Positions 37,326 through 50,061 of a DNA stretch of 64,000 nucleotides are shown piece after piece. Source of the DNA: Paecilomyces variotii (taxonomy: Eukaryota); NCBI GenBank assembly GCA_004022145.1, contig RCNU01000001.1; one strand, given 5' to 3'. The position numbers and the translations under genes are program-made. Positions within the stretch are counted from its first letter, which is position 1; each line of letters opens with the position of its first letter. The notes beneath the pieces were generated by a model. It saw only the letters and a list, made by a program, of their open reading frames with translations. It had not been told where the DNA came from and did not search any database.

Positions 37326-39219
37326 CTACACCCCAAACGGAGTATACCGCCACAGCTTTCTCTCCACCGCGAGCTCCGATTCATAGCGATATCCAAACGC
37401 ACGTCGAAAAATACTTTCCAAAACAGGATCTCGAAGAGTCCCATACATCGCCTTAGTAAACTCCCAATACTCAGGCATATAACCTGCGCATTCCCAATCG
37501 ATAATACCACTTAACCGTCCACGATCAACGAGAAGGTTAGTAGGATAGAAATCACAATGCGTAAAGCACGAGCGATGGCCCCGCTGAACGTTCTCTTCGC
37601 CGAGAGCTTCGGCTGATGTGCATTTGAGATGGCTTGTTAGATGGTCGTTGAACTCAGATTCGGAGTTGAATGGTCCTCCGGTTCCGTTGGGGATGCGGTG
37701 ATCGAAAACCGGTCCTCCTAGGGCGTTGCAAAATAAGAATTGAGTAGGATTGGGGATTTGTCGTAATTGGGAAATGTAAGATGTGAGGGTGTCTGCGAGG
37801 AGGTCGCGCTCCGCATATGATAATAGATGGGGGACTTCGTGAAGCATCTGTCCACGTAGCCGGGTCACAACTAGATATGTTGTGCCGTTGTACTCGCCGA
37901 CATCGACTACGCGAGGTGCTGGTATAGATGTGTACTGTTCAACTAGCCTGAATGAAACAGGTTCGTTCTGATGAGTACGAACGCACTGTTTCAGAATCAG
38001 GCCAAATGGCAGCCGATGCACGTGCACCGCCATCGTAGGGCCATAGAGCCATCTCCCGATTTTTTGGAGCAGTATATAGCACTGGCGGCGTGCGCGTGAC
38101 GGTATGTAAAGCCAGAAGCGGTGGAAAGTTTGTCGAAGAATGGGAAAGTCAAATGCAAAGAAGTCTAATACGTTTATTAATCAATTCAGAGTAACAGCAT
38201 AAGAAGCTGCTCTACGTACCTCGGGGTGGTTGAGGCCAACCACGAGGGATTTTATCCTCAATGTAAAAGAGGTGTAGTGCTTTGGCGAATCGGCGATGAA
38301 TCCCAAAAAGAAAGAAGTTTGGTATCGGTAGAGTCTCAGCATCGGGTGTGGAGAATTGAAAGCGTCTTGTCTGCTCAAGTGCAGTTCCGTCTCCGAGGAG
38401 AAGACCTAGGATCTCTTCGGGATACATGGTCGCTAGCTTATACTATGTATGAGAATTTTAGCAGAGGTTTTGTGGCTTTTTTGTATGGTATCACTTACCG
38501 TGGCGTCCGGGCTCTGTTCGTCCATCGATTTCGCATCGCCAAGTTGTCGATATGCTACCGTTACAGCTACGTGACCTTCGCGGAAAGCCTTGTGGACGCT
38601 TGGTGTCAGAAGCCAGAGATTTCGCAAGGCATCTTCATCGTTTCCTTCTTGATTGGAAAGTTGAATCCGCAGTTTTTCAACATAGGGCGGTGATATATGC
38701 GCTTCGAGCATCAGGAACAGACGTCCCTATGTACAGTACATTTGTAAGACGTCACAACCTGAAGGGGTTACAAAGCGTAGTTCACCTCTTCCTCTTTTTC
38801 AAGATCATGAAGCAACGAAGGAGGGATCACATATGCGGGCTCTGTGGTAACCATCGAGCTGCTGCGCGGCTCCTTGGTGACGGAGCATCTAGGACCATCT
38901 CTAAGACGAACCAAAGCGGCCAGACGTTTAGGAATTGGGTCAAAAGCGCTTGCTACAACAATTCAGCAAAAGAAAGCAATATCTAGTCAAATTGAAAGAT
39001 TTTTTTACTCCTCGTTGCCAACTTTCTCCAGTCACTTTTGAAGTCACGCAGACTGGCTTCTATATCTTCTCGATTATCTTGGATGATTCTTGAAATCAAA
39101 TACTTTGCAGCAATTTCCGAGTCTACAGCTTCATTGACGAAGCCTTTCAAAAGGAGATGTTCAGTTGGCGAAAGATTCGCTGAAGAGATGATCTCTAGTG
39201 CTTTGTCGGTGGTAGACAT
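37326..39219 (-). CDS. HNH-type nuclease-like domain fused to aminoglycoside phosphotransferase (APH)-like kinase; 5 exons, 555 aa
   Basis: Exons 39219-39009, 38952-38786, 38726-38499, 38442-38220 and 38164-37326 splice in frame (1668 nt); RDGPRCSVT..AYVIP..NLWLLTPSVHKAF..LPIPN..IH; kinase motifs IPAPRV, HCDFYPTNLLV, IIDWE, PEYWE. Confidence 0.82.
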
Positions 39220-41601
39220 TTTGTGTCGATGTTAAGTAGTGGTGTTCGAAAGGCTATGGGGGCTAAGTTGATCTGTTGCAAGTGTCAAGCATCTTGACAG
39301 CTATGTGAAAAAAGATAAAACTGACGCGTTCTATAGATAGATCAGGTATACTGAAATCTTCACATAGAAAGCAATGATTATACAAGAGTGCTAGGGGCCT
39401 GATGCTTCACCGCGGTTTGGCGAGCTCCATGGCGGTCTACGTTGCAGCGGGGAGGAGAACTTCGCCTACTGGTGTAACATAGAGTACGTTGCACTCAGAT
39501 GCAGTCTTCTGCCGGCAATATTCAATAAACCGCACTCAAAAAAGAAGAGTGTATATATACAATCTGTACAGGGAGTAAGATAATTCCGATCGACTAGTTA
39601 CCGATTTGCAGATATTACTTTTTTGTTCTCTATCCCGTTGACTTCGCTCAGCCATGGACTGAGCGGAAGATGGATAGTGCTGACACTTCCTCCAGTGTAG
39701 AGAGTACATCTTCTAGAATCTAAAGTCTCTATCTAGAAGATGACAGTGGGACCATTGATCCCTGAAACGGAGTGGAGTTAAATAATATTTCGGGAAGTCT
39801 CGAGTCTGCCAAGAGTTGGAGTGATCGACGCTTTCACCTCTCCCGTGGGCAATCGAGAGCCTGGTTTAGTTTCTGGCGTCCAGCAAGACTTCTCGGATGC
39901 TGTCTCAACGGACCGTCCAGGATTGAACGAAATTGGCCGAGGGCTGAGCCGGATTTTGTTCGTGTTTCTGAGCAGTGCGGAATACTCATTGGTAGAGCCA
40001 ATTGCAGTGTTGCTGAAAGTCTGAGACACGCGACAAGAGCCAAGAACCAAGAACCAGAGAACCAAGAAAGTCCAGACACGACAAAATCCCGAGAAGTTAT
40101 TTTTAGCCGGCGACCGCCATCGACAGGATTCTACATCCGCAGCGCGGGATTATAATTGTTGCAGTGTGTGGGATAAGGAAATATTACCATATACCATGCC
40201 CCATCGTAATTGTCATGCAGGATCCATCCAGATTCAAGAGGGCTGGGGATGGAGTCATGACAGCTGTTATGATAATACGTCAACATAACTGGGAGCGGTG
40301 CGGGGATCAACTGGGACAGAAGCATTGGATTGCCAGAACAACCTGTTCAGAGGTCGGTTAGTTAGTTGGTTAGATGCAGCTTGCTATAGATGGACATGCA
40401 GATTTTCAGATGCCCATGACGATTGGAGGCTGTCTGCTGCCAGACAGGCATCCTGGCCGATGTATCAAACTCGCATAATTCCAACTGCCACGGTTAGATT
40501 CGAGGTAGTTACTCCAGACTAGAATAGAGTACTAGAATAATCCTCCTGAGGCATCCTGTAGAGTAGCATAGTTAGAAATGAAGAATAGTTAACTAGATAA
40601 TACCATAGATAAATGACAGTGGCAGCAGTCTTGAGTTGATGACGCGTCACTCCGGGCGGGAAAAGGCACAGGCGATGGTGTATCCCGATCGGGCAAAGAC
40701 GTGCCAAGGGCTCCACGGCGGGAACGAACAATAATAAATAACAATGGACGATTGACAACTCAGATGGCGCCGACTTGCCCATCGTTCCCTGTTCCTGGCG
40801 GACAGTGGAGGCTTGACATTCGCCCAGACGGGAATCCAGCAGCCCGTTTGGGAGACGAGCCCTTGCACGCCACCGAGAAAGGGACTCTCCGACTGTCTCC
40901 TCTCCCACAGGCCAACCCGTCCGTGATCTGCTGGGCCGATCGGGCTGATCCTATTTTGAACAGTAACAATAATACGCCGTTTTTACGCCCCGGTGGAGGT
41001 GCACGGGAAGTACCTCCGCCCGCGCTGTCTGGCGGCATTGGTACATACCTCCGCTCAGGACTCATCTGCCATCCCGGGTATGGTACTGTACCATACTGTT
41101 GTTGCAACATCCCCTCTCCAGACACTGGACAATAATAATGATCGATGGTCCACCGTCAGGAGAGAAGAAATCAAAGCGTTGCGGAGGCCAAGAGGGATGT
41201 GGCTTGAGTCGTGACAGTCCACCACGGCCCCTTCCTGGAATCAATCATGCTGTGTGTCCCTCCTCTTTAATCCCATCCTCCCTCGCTCATTCCTCCCTGC
41301 CTCGATTTCTCTCCTCCTTCATACCAACCCCCTCCCCCTCCTCTGACAGGAATCAAAACCGTCATTCGTTCCGGTTCTTTTTCAATCTCCGACCCCTTTG
41401 GATTCAATTCGCTCTTCTTTGTCCCAGCCATATCTTTTTTTTTTCTCTTTTCGCTTTTCTGTCGTTTTTTGCCAGCAAATCCACATCGTCTGTCGCTCAT
41501 ATAATAACAGCCACTTCGTAACTTTCTTGACGACTCGTCTGCCGTTCTTTCCGGAGCCGTCCCGATTCCATCTTTGATCTCCTGTCTCGACATCCATCAT
41601 C

Positions 41602-43076
41602 ATGAAGGCTACTGTTGCTTCGATGGCGGCCGCCGTCGCCGTGGGCGCCTCGGCCGTCATGGCCCTGCCCCAGCAGATCCAGGCCCGTGACAGTGTCACC
41701 CCGATCACCGTCAAAGGAAACGCTTTCTTCCAGGGTGACAACCGCTTCTACATCCGTGGTGTCGACTACCAGCCCGGTGGCTCCTCCAAGCTGGAGGACC
41801 CCATCGCGGAGCCGACCACTTGCAAGCGCGATATCGCCAAGTTCCAAGAGCTGGGCGTGAACACCGTCCGTGTCTACTCCGTCGACAACTCCAAGAGCCA
41901 CGATGAGTGTATGCAGGCGTTGGCTGATGCTGGCATCTACCTCGTCCTCGATGTCAACACTCCCAAGTACTCGCTCAACCGGGCCGACCCCGAGACCTCG
42001 TACAACGCCGTCTATCTGCAGAATGTCTTTGCGACCGTCGAGGAATTCGCCCAGTACCCCAACACTCTCGCTTTCTTCTCCGGTAACGAGGTCATCAACG
42101 ATGGACCTTCCTCCTCGGCCGCTCCCTATGTCAAGGCCGTCACCCGTGATATCCGCCAGTACCTCCGTGAGAGACACTTGCGTGATGTTCCTGTTGGTTA
42201 CTCTGCTGTATGTGGTGTCACGAAAGAAAAAATCTCGATCAAACCCCCCAAGACGACGCTAACATGTGAGATCCATAGGCCGATATCGACACCAACCGTC
42301 TTCAGATGGCTGAGTACATGAACTGCGGTACCGACGATGAGCGCAGCAGCTTCTTCGCCTTCAACGACTACTCGTGGTGTGACCCCTCCTCTTTCACTCA
42401 GTCTGGTTGGTCTCAGAAGGTCCAGACGTTCTCCCACTACGGCCTGCCTCTCTTCCTCTCGGAATACGGTTGCAACACCAACAAGCGTGAGTTCCAGGAA
42501 GTCGGTTCGCTGTACTCGACCCAGATGACAGCCGTCTACTCTGGTGGTCTCGTGTACGAGTACTCCAACGAGGGTAGCAACTATGGTCTGGTCACCATCG
42601 ACGGTAACAGCGTCACTGAGCGTCCTGACTTCACTGCCCTGCAGTCTGCTTTCAAGAAGACCCCCAACCCCCAGGGTGACGGTGGCTACAACAAGACCGG
42701 TGGTGCCAACCCTTGCCCTGCCAAACAGGCCCCCGCCTGGAACGTCGACAGCACTGACGCTCTTCCTGCTATCCCCGATGCCGCCAAGAAGTACATGACC
42801 CAGGGTGCCGGTAAGGGTGTTGGTTTCAGCGGTTCCGGCAGCCAGAACGCCGGCGGAAGTGGTGCCACTTCCACCGGCACTGCCGCCCCGGGCTCTGGCT
42901 CTGGCGGCTCTTACTCCACTGGTACCTCTTCCGGCAGCAGCTCCAGCGGTTCTTCCTCCAGCTCCAAGGGTGCCGCCGCTGGTCTCCGCGCTCCGGAGAT
43001 GACTCTGGCGCCCATTGTCTGCGGTCTTGTTGTGACCATTTCCACCTTCTTTGGTGCCTCCATGATCTTGATCTAG
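41602..43076 (+). CDS. gel1: GH72 beta-1,3-glucanosyltransferase, GPI-anchored, Gel1-type, 2 exons
   Basis: Signal peptide, RFYIRGVDYQPGG, FFSGNEV, FNDYSWC, FLSEYGCN, SGGLVYEY, Ser/Gly-rich tail and hydrophobic C-terminus; no CBM43 Cys domain. Confidence 0.93.
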
Positions 43077-44600
43077 ACTGGAAATAGTCTGGAAACCAAG
43101 TGTTTCATCTTTTTTCCTTCCCACGGACACAATTCGGGACTCTTTTTCTCCATTTGGGATTTCATAGCATTAGAAGGTTAGGTTTGGATTTGTATGGTAG
43201 ATTAACCCACACAGTCGGCTCTGAAGCGCAGGTCGACAATTGGAAGTCTTCATGTGAATCCGCTGTACAGTTGGATCCGGAGGTTGGCTGGCTAGCCAGG
43301 TTTTATTCCCCTCGGTTATCTGTCATTTTCTTTTTTCTGTCACTCGTCTTCGTGTAGAGTAGTAATTCGAACTTGAATCTTCATCACGATTTCGATGCGT
43401 GTAATGCTGCACTGTAGAAGTAGTCATCGACAACAAGTCAAGTCACGACGGCGTTGCATCGCTGGAGCAGTGTTCCTTGAACCGGTTATCTCTCGTGAGC
43501 CGGTCAATCGTCTGGTACGCAGCGTGGTGCGCCAGGTTCGAGAATGCCGGAGTAGATAGTCGAACAGATCGTGGACAGCTGAGTCGCCATCGAAGACTGA
43601 CACCCTCGTTCTTTCGCGATGGTTTAAATCTAGAGGCCTCGTCAGCGCCTAACCTTTCAATATCAAACAAACGACATGCTTCATACCAGGTAGATCAGAT
43701 AGTTGGGTATAAGCTGGAGTACATAGGGTCAGATATCATCCAGCAGTCAAGTCGAGTCAATGGCCCGTATCTAGACAGGATGACTCGATCATCTCATCGG
43801 TAGGTCACTATAGACGCCATCGTGGATGTACACCCGTCTCCATCAAGATCAGGAGGATATCGGATGAAAAACAAAACAATAACATTCCACGAAAAGGAGG
43901 GATCGAACAGAAAGAAAAGAAAAGGTGGTAAAATAGCGCATAATAATAATTAACACTCACACCTTAAAACAGAACAAGCTTTTTTTTTCATTTTCATTTT
44001 CATTTTCCCCCTGCGTAATCCTCTAATGGGGTATATTTGGGTGTGTATACGTAGTATGCTTACGTAGAGTTAGCCACCTAAACCTTCTGTGGGTTAGTTG
44101 ATTAGTTAGTTAGTGAGTGCTAGACCATGAGGTCTCGAGATGGAATTGGATGGTTGGGGTTTATTTTCGGGGATTTATTTCGGGAATGAGGGAGGGATAA
44201 GGGGTCTTTTTTCTGAAATTTATTATCGAGAGTCAAGGAGATAAGTAGGAGGGGAGGGGACTTTGTTACTTCTTATGGGATATAAGGGCGGTGGGCTTTT
44301 GAAGGATTAAGTATTAAGTATTGTTTAGGTGGGGGGTGCGTGCTTCGTCCATAACCGCACAAGCTATTTTCTGTGTCGTATGAATTTGCCGGAATGGGCA
44401 TTAGGCGCGGTATTGATTTAGTTTGACGTTTCGGATTTTCTTTTATTTCTTTTTTTTCCCTTTTCTGTTGGCATTGATTTATTGTAGTATTTACGCTATT
44501 GTCAATTCCAGTTGTGGAATCGGATTTCTAACCTAGAGTTGCAGCAACCCGAGCCAGTAAGTAAAGGGAGCTAAATTGCCCTCATTGCTCTCCCAGAGCA

Positions 44601-45616
44601 TCACCACGGAAGAACACCGCCTGTATACGTATTCGGGCCTCCCTTCGGGTCCCATCCAGGAACGTGAATATCGAGAAACTTCCCAGTGTCTTCTTTACTG
44701 ACTTCCTTGCTGATTCGGATAACCTCCCTCGCACCAACTTCGACTGGCAGATCGGCTGCGCTTCCACCAAGGTCTGTATTGAGATACTGCGCCAAATATT
44801 AACTGTTTGAACAGAACAGAACAGCCGCTCTCATGGCAAGGTATGGAAAGGGAGGTACTCACACCGGGGCTTACTGCAACGAACGTGAACCCCTCCTTAG
44901 CGAACGTTAGTCCATACTCGGCCGTCATCGAGTTCAGAGCCGCCTTGGTGATTTTATATGACGGCGTCAGCATCTTCTGGAACTGCGGAGCCATGGTAAT
45001 TGATCCGACGGATGAGGAACTTGATCAGCTCATGTTAGCTTCGGTGTGTATCCCATGATCAAGATAGAAGTACTTTTCAACTTACATATTGAGCACTTTC
45101 TTCTGCTGGCCCTTGCGCAGCAATGGGAGGAATTGCCTCGTCACGCGATGAACTCCGGTAACGTTGGTGTTGAATGTGTCATTTAGATCCTCCCTAAGAT
45201 TAGATTATTAGATTCACTGATATCATGTACAGAGGTTTCCTATCCTTTTATTTTTGTCATGAAATAAATAGGACTCGACTCGACTCGAAAAAAACTCTCG
45301 CATACATATTTTCCACCCCTCCCTGTATCCAAGGCATGATTCCAGCATTATTAATGAGCACATCAATGCCTTCACCGTTCAATTCCCGCTGCACAGAACG
45401 CGCCGCCTCTTCGACACTCTTGTCGTCGCTCACGTCTAGCTGGACGAATTTCACCCGTGAGGGATACTTCTCTCTGAGCTCTTTCAGTTGAGTGGAATTA
45501 TCCTTGCGCGCAGCTGCGAAGATGGTTGCGACTTCGGACTCTGGCTGCGTGGCGAGGAGGGATACGATGGTATATCCTAATCCGCGAGATGCGCCGGTGA
45601 TTAGATATGTGGACAT
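44601..45616 (-). CDS. Short-chain dehydrogenase/reductase (C-factor-like), multi-exon
   Basis: TGASRGLG, LINNAG, NISSSVGS, YKITK (YxxxK), SPGYLNTDLG. Confidence 0.9.
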
Positions 45617-48600
45617 TTTTGAATCTTGCTTGTTGGATCGATGTGGGATATTATGATGTATAGAGAAGGATTGGTTGTAGTTTGTTCGTAGGAACTTCCA
45701 GTATGTTGAAACGAAATCATCTGAGATGAAAAGAAATACCCCGCAATATTTATATCGCTTGTTAGACCCACTGTTTCTCGCAGATTGCTGATAAAGAAGT
45801 TGACTGTTCGATAACAATAATAAGTTAACTGGAGTTTGATTATCAAGACTAACCAATTTATGCATACTCTATGCAATAATACAAGACAAGAACTACATAA
45901 CAACAAGTACCTCCACTCTTCTCTCCTCACTTTAACAAGTTTCAGCCAACGCCAACGGTCACCAAGCATAGCTTCTTTACCATCTAACCAATTAAGTCTA
46001 CTCGTCATAGCTCTATTTGACTTAGAGTTCGGCTCGTCTTCTTGGCTTTACCGACACTAATGTAGAACAATCAATTGTGCTTTTTCGTGGCTTACAAATC
46101 TAGAGTAATTACGCCTATGTCCGAACTTGCTAAAGCCCGATTTATCTACTCTAGTTGGGAATGAAGGAGATTACTGGGGTGATTGGGGTAATTGATTCTT
46201 CCGACTAGTTAGAGCCTTTTGCGTATTTAATATTGTAGGAGTTAAGTAGGGCATCGGAGATAATGGAAGCGCCCTGCCAAGACTGCGCCGTTGTTCTTGG
46301 CGGAGGGGTTTGTTTTTGCCCGATTCCTGTTTATGAATTCAGAACGAGTGACTAGATTAATAATAAATAAATCAGTATTGAATGAATTCATGTGTAGTTA
46401 GTTAGTTGCAGTGTCCAGATTTGTTTCGCATTTTCTATCTTCAATCAACGTGACTCGAGATCGACAGTGGGGTTTGATATACCCTGTGTTAAGCAGCTAC
46501 GATAAATAGATATGATGACTTCTGGAATAACGCGAGTATTTATCTGGTTTAATTCTTAGACGCAAGGAAAGCGGAAGTATGTAACAACCCTGCTGCCATT
46601 TGCTAGACTCCTTGATTTACAACTAGCTTCAAAGTATAATTCGATATGGCGCAAGAGCTTTCGTGCCAGACCCCGTCACTCAATGCCGACACGCGTTGAA
46701 TGAGAGCAACCTGCATGGGTAATCTGGTAGGGCTGGCAAATAGCGAGCGATACACGCTTGATTTGCGGTCTCTTTAAGGTTAGGTTCTCATTGTGAGACG
46801 TAAGATAAGATTCCATCAATTTAGTCAGGAATCTGGAGTATCTGACTACCTACCTGCGTCCCCGGCCTCTGATGTATAGGCCTGATTTCATTGGCTTCTG
46901 AGCTTTGAGCTATTTAGCGGCCCAGTTGTACATAGTAGTACATAGTATTTGGACATGAAATAGACTATACCTTTTCTGTTCTGTCACCAAGACTGCTAGG
47001 TTCATGTTTCGTTCGTTCATACTTTGAATATAGCATCTAGGGATGGCTGCTATATCGGGTAAGCTCGATGAGAGATCACTCCTTATGCAGGACAGAGTCG
47101 CAGTGCTAGGATCCAACCAGCACGTCCAAGCGTGGCAGAAACGCTTACCAGGACATCTCTTCTGATTTATGGTTAACATCGGACTCAATAATAGATCAGG
47201 CGAAGCCTGGTTCTTTTAGTCTCTCCAGCTGGTTCACCCTTTTCCAGAAAGTGTCCACCAATTTTGAACCAGCTGGTCTGCGCGGTAGGTTCGGGGAGAA
47301 GACAGGTACATCGAATAAGTCAACAGCCGTATAAACTTAGTAAATATGTCGTAGTCAGCTGTCATGGATCTCATATCGAATCGTGGATAACAGATTACAA
47401 AGTCTGTCGCGTTGTCAAGAGTGCAATTGGACGGCTCTATTTCTTTAAGCGCACCAAAGCTGAGATGGGATGCGATACGCCGCAACGCCAGGGTGCACTT
47501 TTGACGCCGTTCCACGGACGACGCTAGAAACCCTTAGCATGAAAAGGGGTTTAGTCAAAAATAGGCACTTTCATACCAACTGTTATCCGCTCCAATCTCG
47601 GTAATTATTATTTGAATACGGGCTGGTGGAGAATTGGCCAAGGTAATACCTTGTCTAAACAGAAACGATAATGAGGTTGCATGCTTGCTAGACGCGTCTG
47701 CCGCATCTGTGATATTCACGGCTTAACAAGCTGCTAAATTTTTGTTTTCGATGCGCAGACTGCATTTAATACAATAAATCCAGGATTCAGGCTTGCGTGG
47801 TAGATAACTACCTCTACTTGTTATCATGGACTGTGGCTTATCGTGTAATAAATGCCGACATTCCACCTTGTTATTGCTTTTACTACGGTCGCGGCAATGA
47901 GGAGCCATCGAGCTGCTCATGCATGCCAGCGTGTTAAAGCTCTCCTTTTGGCGTTGAAGTTACACCTTGAAAGCGTAGAGAGAGAGCTGAAGAGGAAGAA
48001 GAAAGGCCACGATAAAAATTACAGTAGCAGACTAGTTTGTGATATGACGACTGGAATAGGGCAACCGCGATCGAGCTACACCGCCCCATAGTGAACCGAG
48101 CGCAGCTGCAGTACAATCAAATCTCGACCTCACTTTTTCCCACGTCGCGGCTTTGTTCTTCCTGCTCCTTGTTCTTCCTGGTTCTGGATGATCAAGTCTC
48201 ATTATTCTTACCGCTGATCGGTCGCCCTGCCCAGGCTCCAGGGTGATGCTGCGCGCCATGACGCAGATCGCGGTTTCAAGGTGTGGCTGAGAAATCTATG
48301 AGGGATTTGTAGAAACCACAACTTGGGAGAAGCCACGGGAATATGGTGCGGTCCCCGTCGGTCAGCATTGCTTCGCAGCCAAAAATGCTTTAGGCACTTG
48401 AGCCATTATTTTGACTGACTTTCAACAGCTAGAGATGCGGTGATGGGTCGAGCGTGCCAAAAGGGGCTATGCGCCGGGGCAAAATCGCGCACTCTTCCCA
48501 TTCTCGAGGTGTGCGATGCGGGCAGGTAATTTTACATCCGTCGAAGCTACCAGTAACGTGCAAAATGCTAATTATCCAGCGATTCGAGAGACCCCTAGCG

Positions 48601-49228
48601 ATGCCGTATCTGGACGACGCCCAGGCTGACGCTCACACTACTATCGTGCCCGCCGAGGCAGCTTCACAGCTCTCTGAAGCCCCTGAGGCCATGGAAAAAT
48701 CCCTCACGCACCAGCTGGCACCGCCACCTGTTCCCAGAATTCTAACTTTTCGCACCAGCTTCGGGAAAAGAAAAAATAAAAAAAAAGCTCTACAATCGAC
48801 GTGAGGTCCCTGTACAAGGGAGCAAATGGAAGGCAGCAAATGGGTAAAAAACCATGTTTTCGGCGTAACGGGACAGACACTGAGAGAAGCGCTTGCTGTA
48901 ACTAGCATGACGTTTCGAACAGAACCAACGTAACATGAGAGACCAAGACTATAAACGAAAACCATCTGGGTCCGTGTTTTTTGTATTATTATTACTCACA
49001 TTAGCAGACCCGTTACTTAAACAGCTTGCAGCTGGACGACAGCGAACCCGTCCCGAGTCTTATTTCCACAGCACCTGCGGATCTACTAAAGCAATCTGCG
49101 GAGCTGGCGCCGCTTCCCCCTCAGTTCCTTTTTTTTTACAATCGCACAATCCAGTTTTCTTTGTTGGAGTAAACCTATAAATCAAGTACTGCTCAAGCCT
49201 CATGATGGCTGAATCTCAATAACACGAG

Positions 49229-50061
49229 ATGATAATCGACGGTCAGAAGTGGGCTTGCGAGGCTTGCCTCCGCGGTCATCGCGTATCAACCTGCAAACAC
49301 CATGGTAAGACAACAGCTGCAACTTCGACGATTTCCTTCCTTTTTTTTACTTTCCATCTTTCCCATACTAACAAACAGGCCAGACCGACCGTTGATTCGT
49401 ATAAACAAGAAAGGCCGTCCATTTGCAGTCTGCTCTATATGCCGCAGCAGCCCCTGCAAGGAGCCAGAAGAGCATTCGAGACTCCGTCGTGAAACCGAAA
49501 TGCAATCATCGAAAGTACAAAGGCAGAGGAGATTAATTAACCGAGCAAATTCGAAGATACTGATGTCTTTCTTAGAAGGCAACGAGCAGGCATCGTCCAG
49601 CCAGTACTACATTCGTACCCATTGCACCACGCCCTAAAAATGCCTCATCACCAACCGAGCAGACCCAGAATGCCGGTAATCCTATAGCAGGCGGCGCTTC
49701 ATCGCAAGATCAACCAGAATCTATCAACGCAGATGAAAGTGCCCGCCAGAATTTGACTACGAGTGGGACAACAGAACCGTTCCAGATCGATCCTCCGTCC
49801 GCACCTATGCTCTCAGACATGTCCACCTCGGCATCAAGTCCTTTTCCTTCAGGGTATCCTACCGACTCGCAGATGTCGGGGGACTTTTCCTTTCCAGATA
49901 ATGCATTCGACTGTCTGGAATATGCGGATCCTGAACGGGACGACTGGTCGAGCTTCCTATGGACGGAGGATGCAGATATGCTGTCTGATCAGCAAATGTG
50001 GGAATGGCGATATCCTGATCCTACTCAGGATAGCTACAATCACAGCAACGATGGACAATGA
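49229..50061 (+). CDS. Copper-fist (Ace1/Mac1/Haa1-type) DNA-binding domain protein, about 230 aa, 3 exons
   Basis: MIIDGQKWACEACLRGHRVSTCKHH|DRPLIRINKKGRP..C..C; introns at about 49305-49383 and 49516-49575; acidic Trp-containing C-terminus. Confidence 0.85.

Noticed and set aside
41497..43130. Long antisense ORFs (226 and 310 aa) opposite gel1
   Set aside because: Shadow frames caused by strong C-ending codon bias in gel1; no recognisable motifs
43440..43860. GC-richer patch with short ORFs downstream of gel1
   Set aside because: Stops interrupt the frames examined, and no recognisable protein or RNA structure was found
44601..45616. SDR as the URC8-equivalent of the uracil pathway
   Set aside because: It lies 27 kb from the cluster and looks C-factor-like; nothing links it to the pathway
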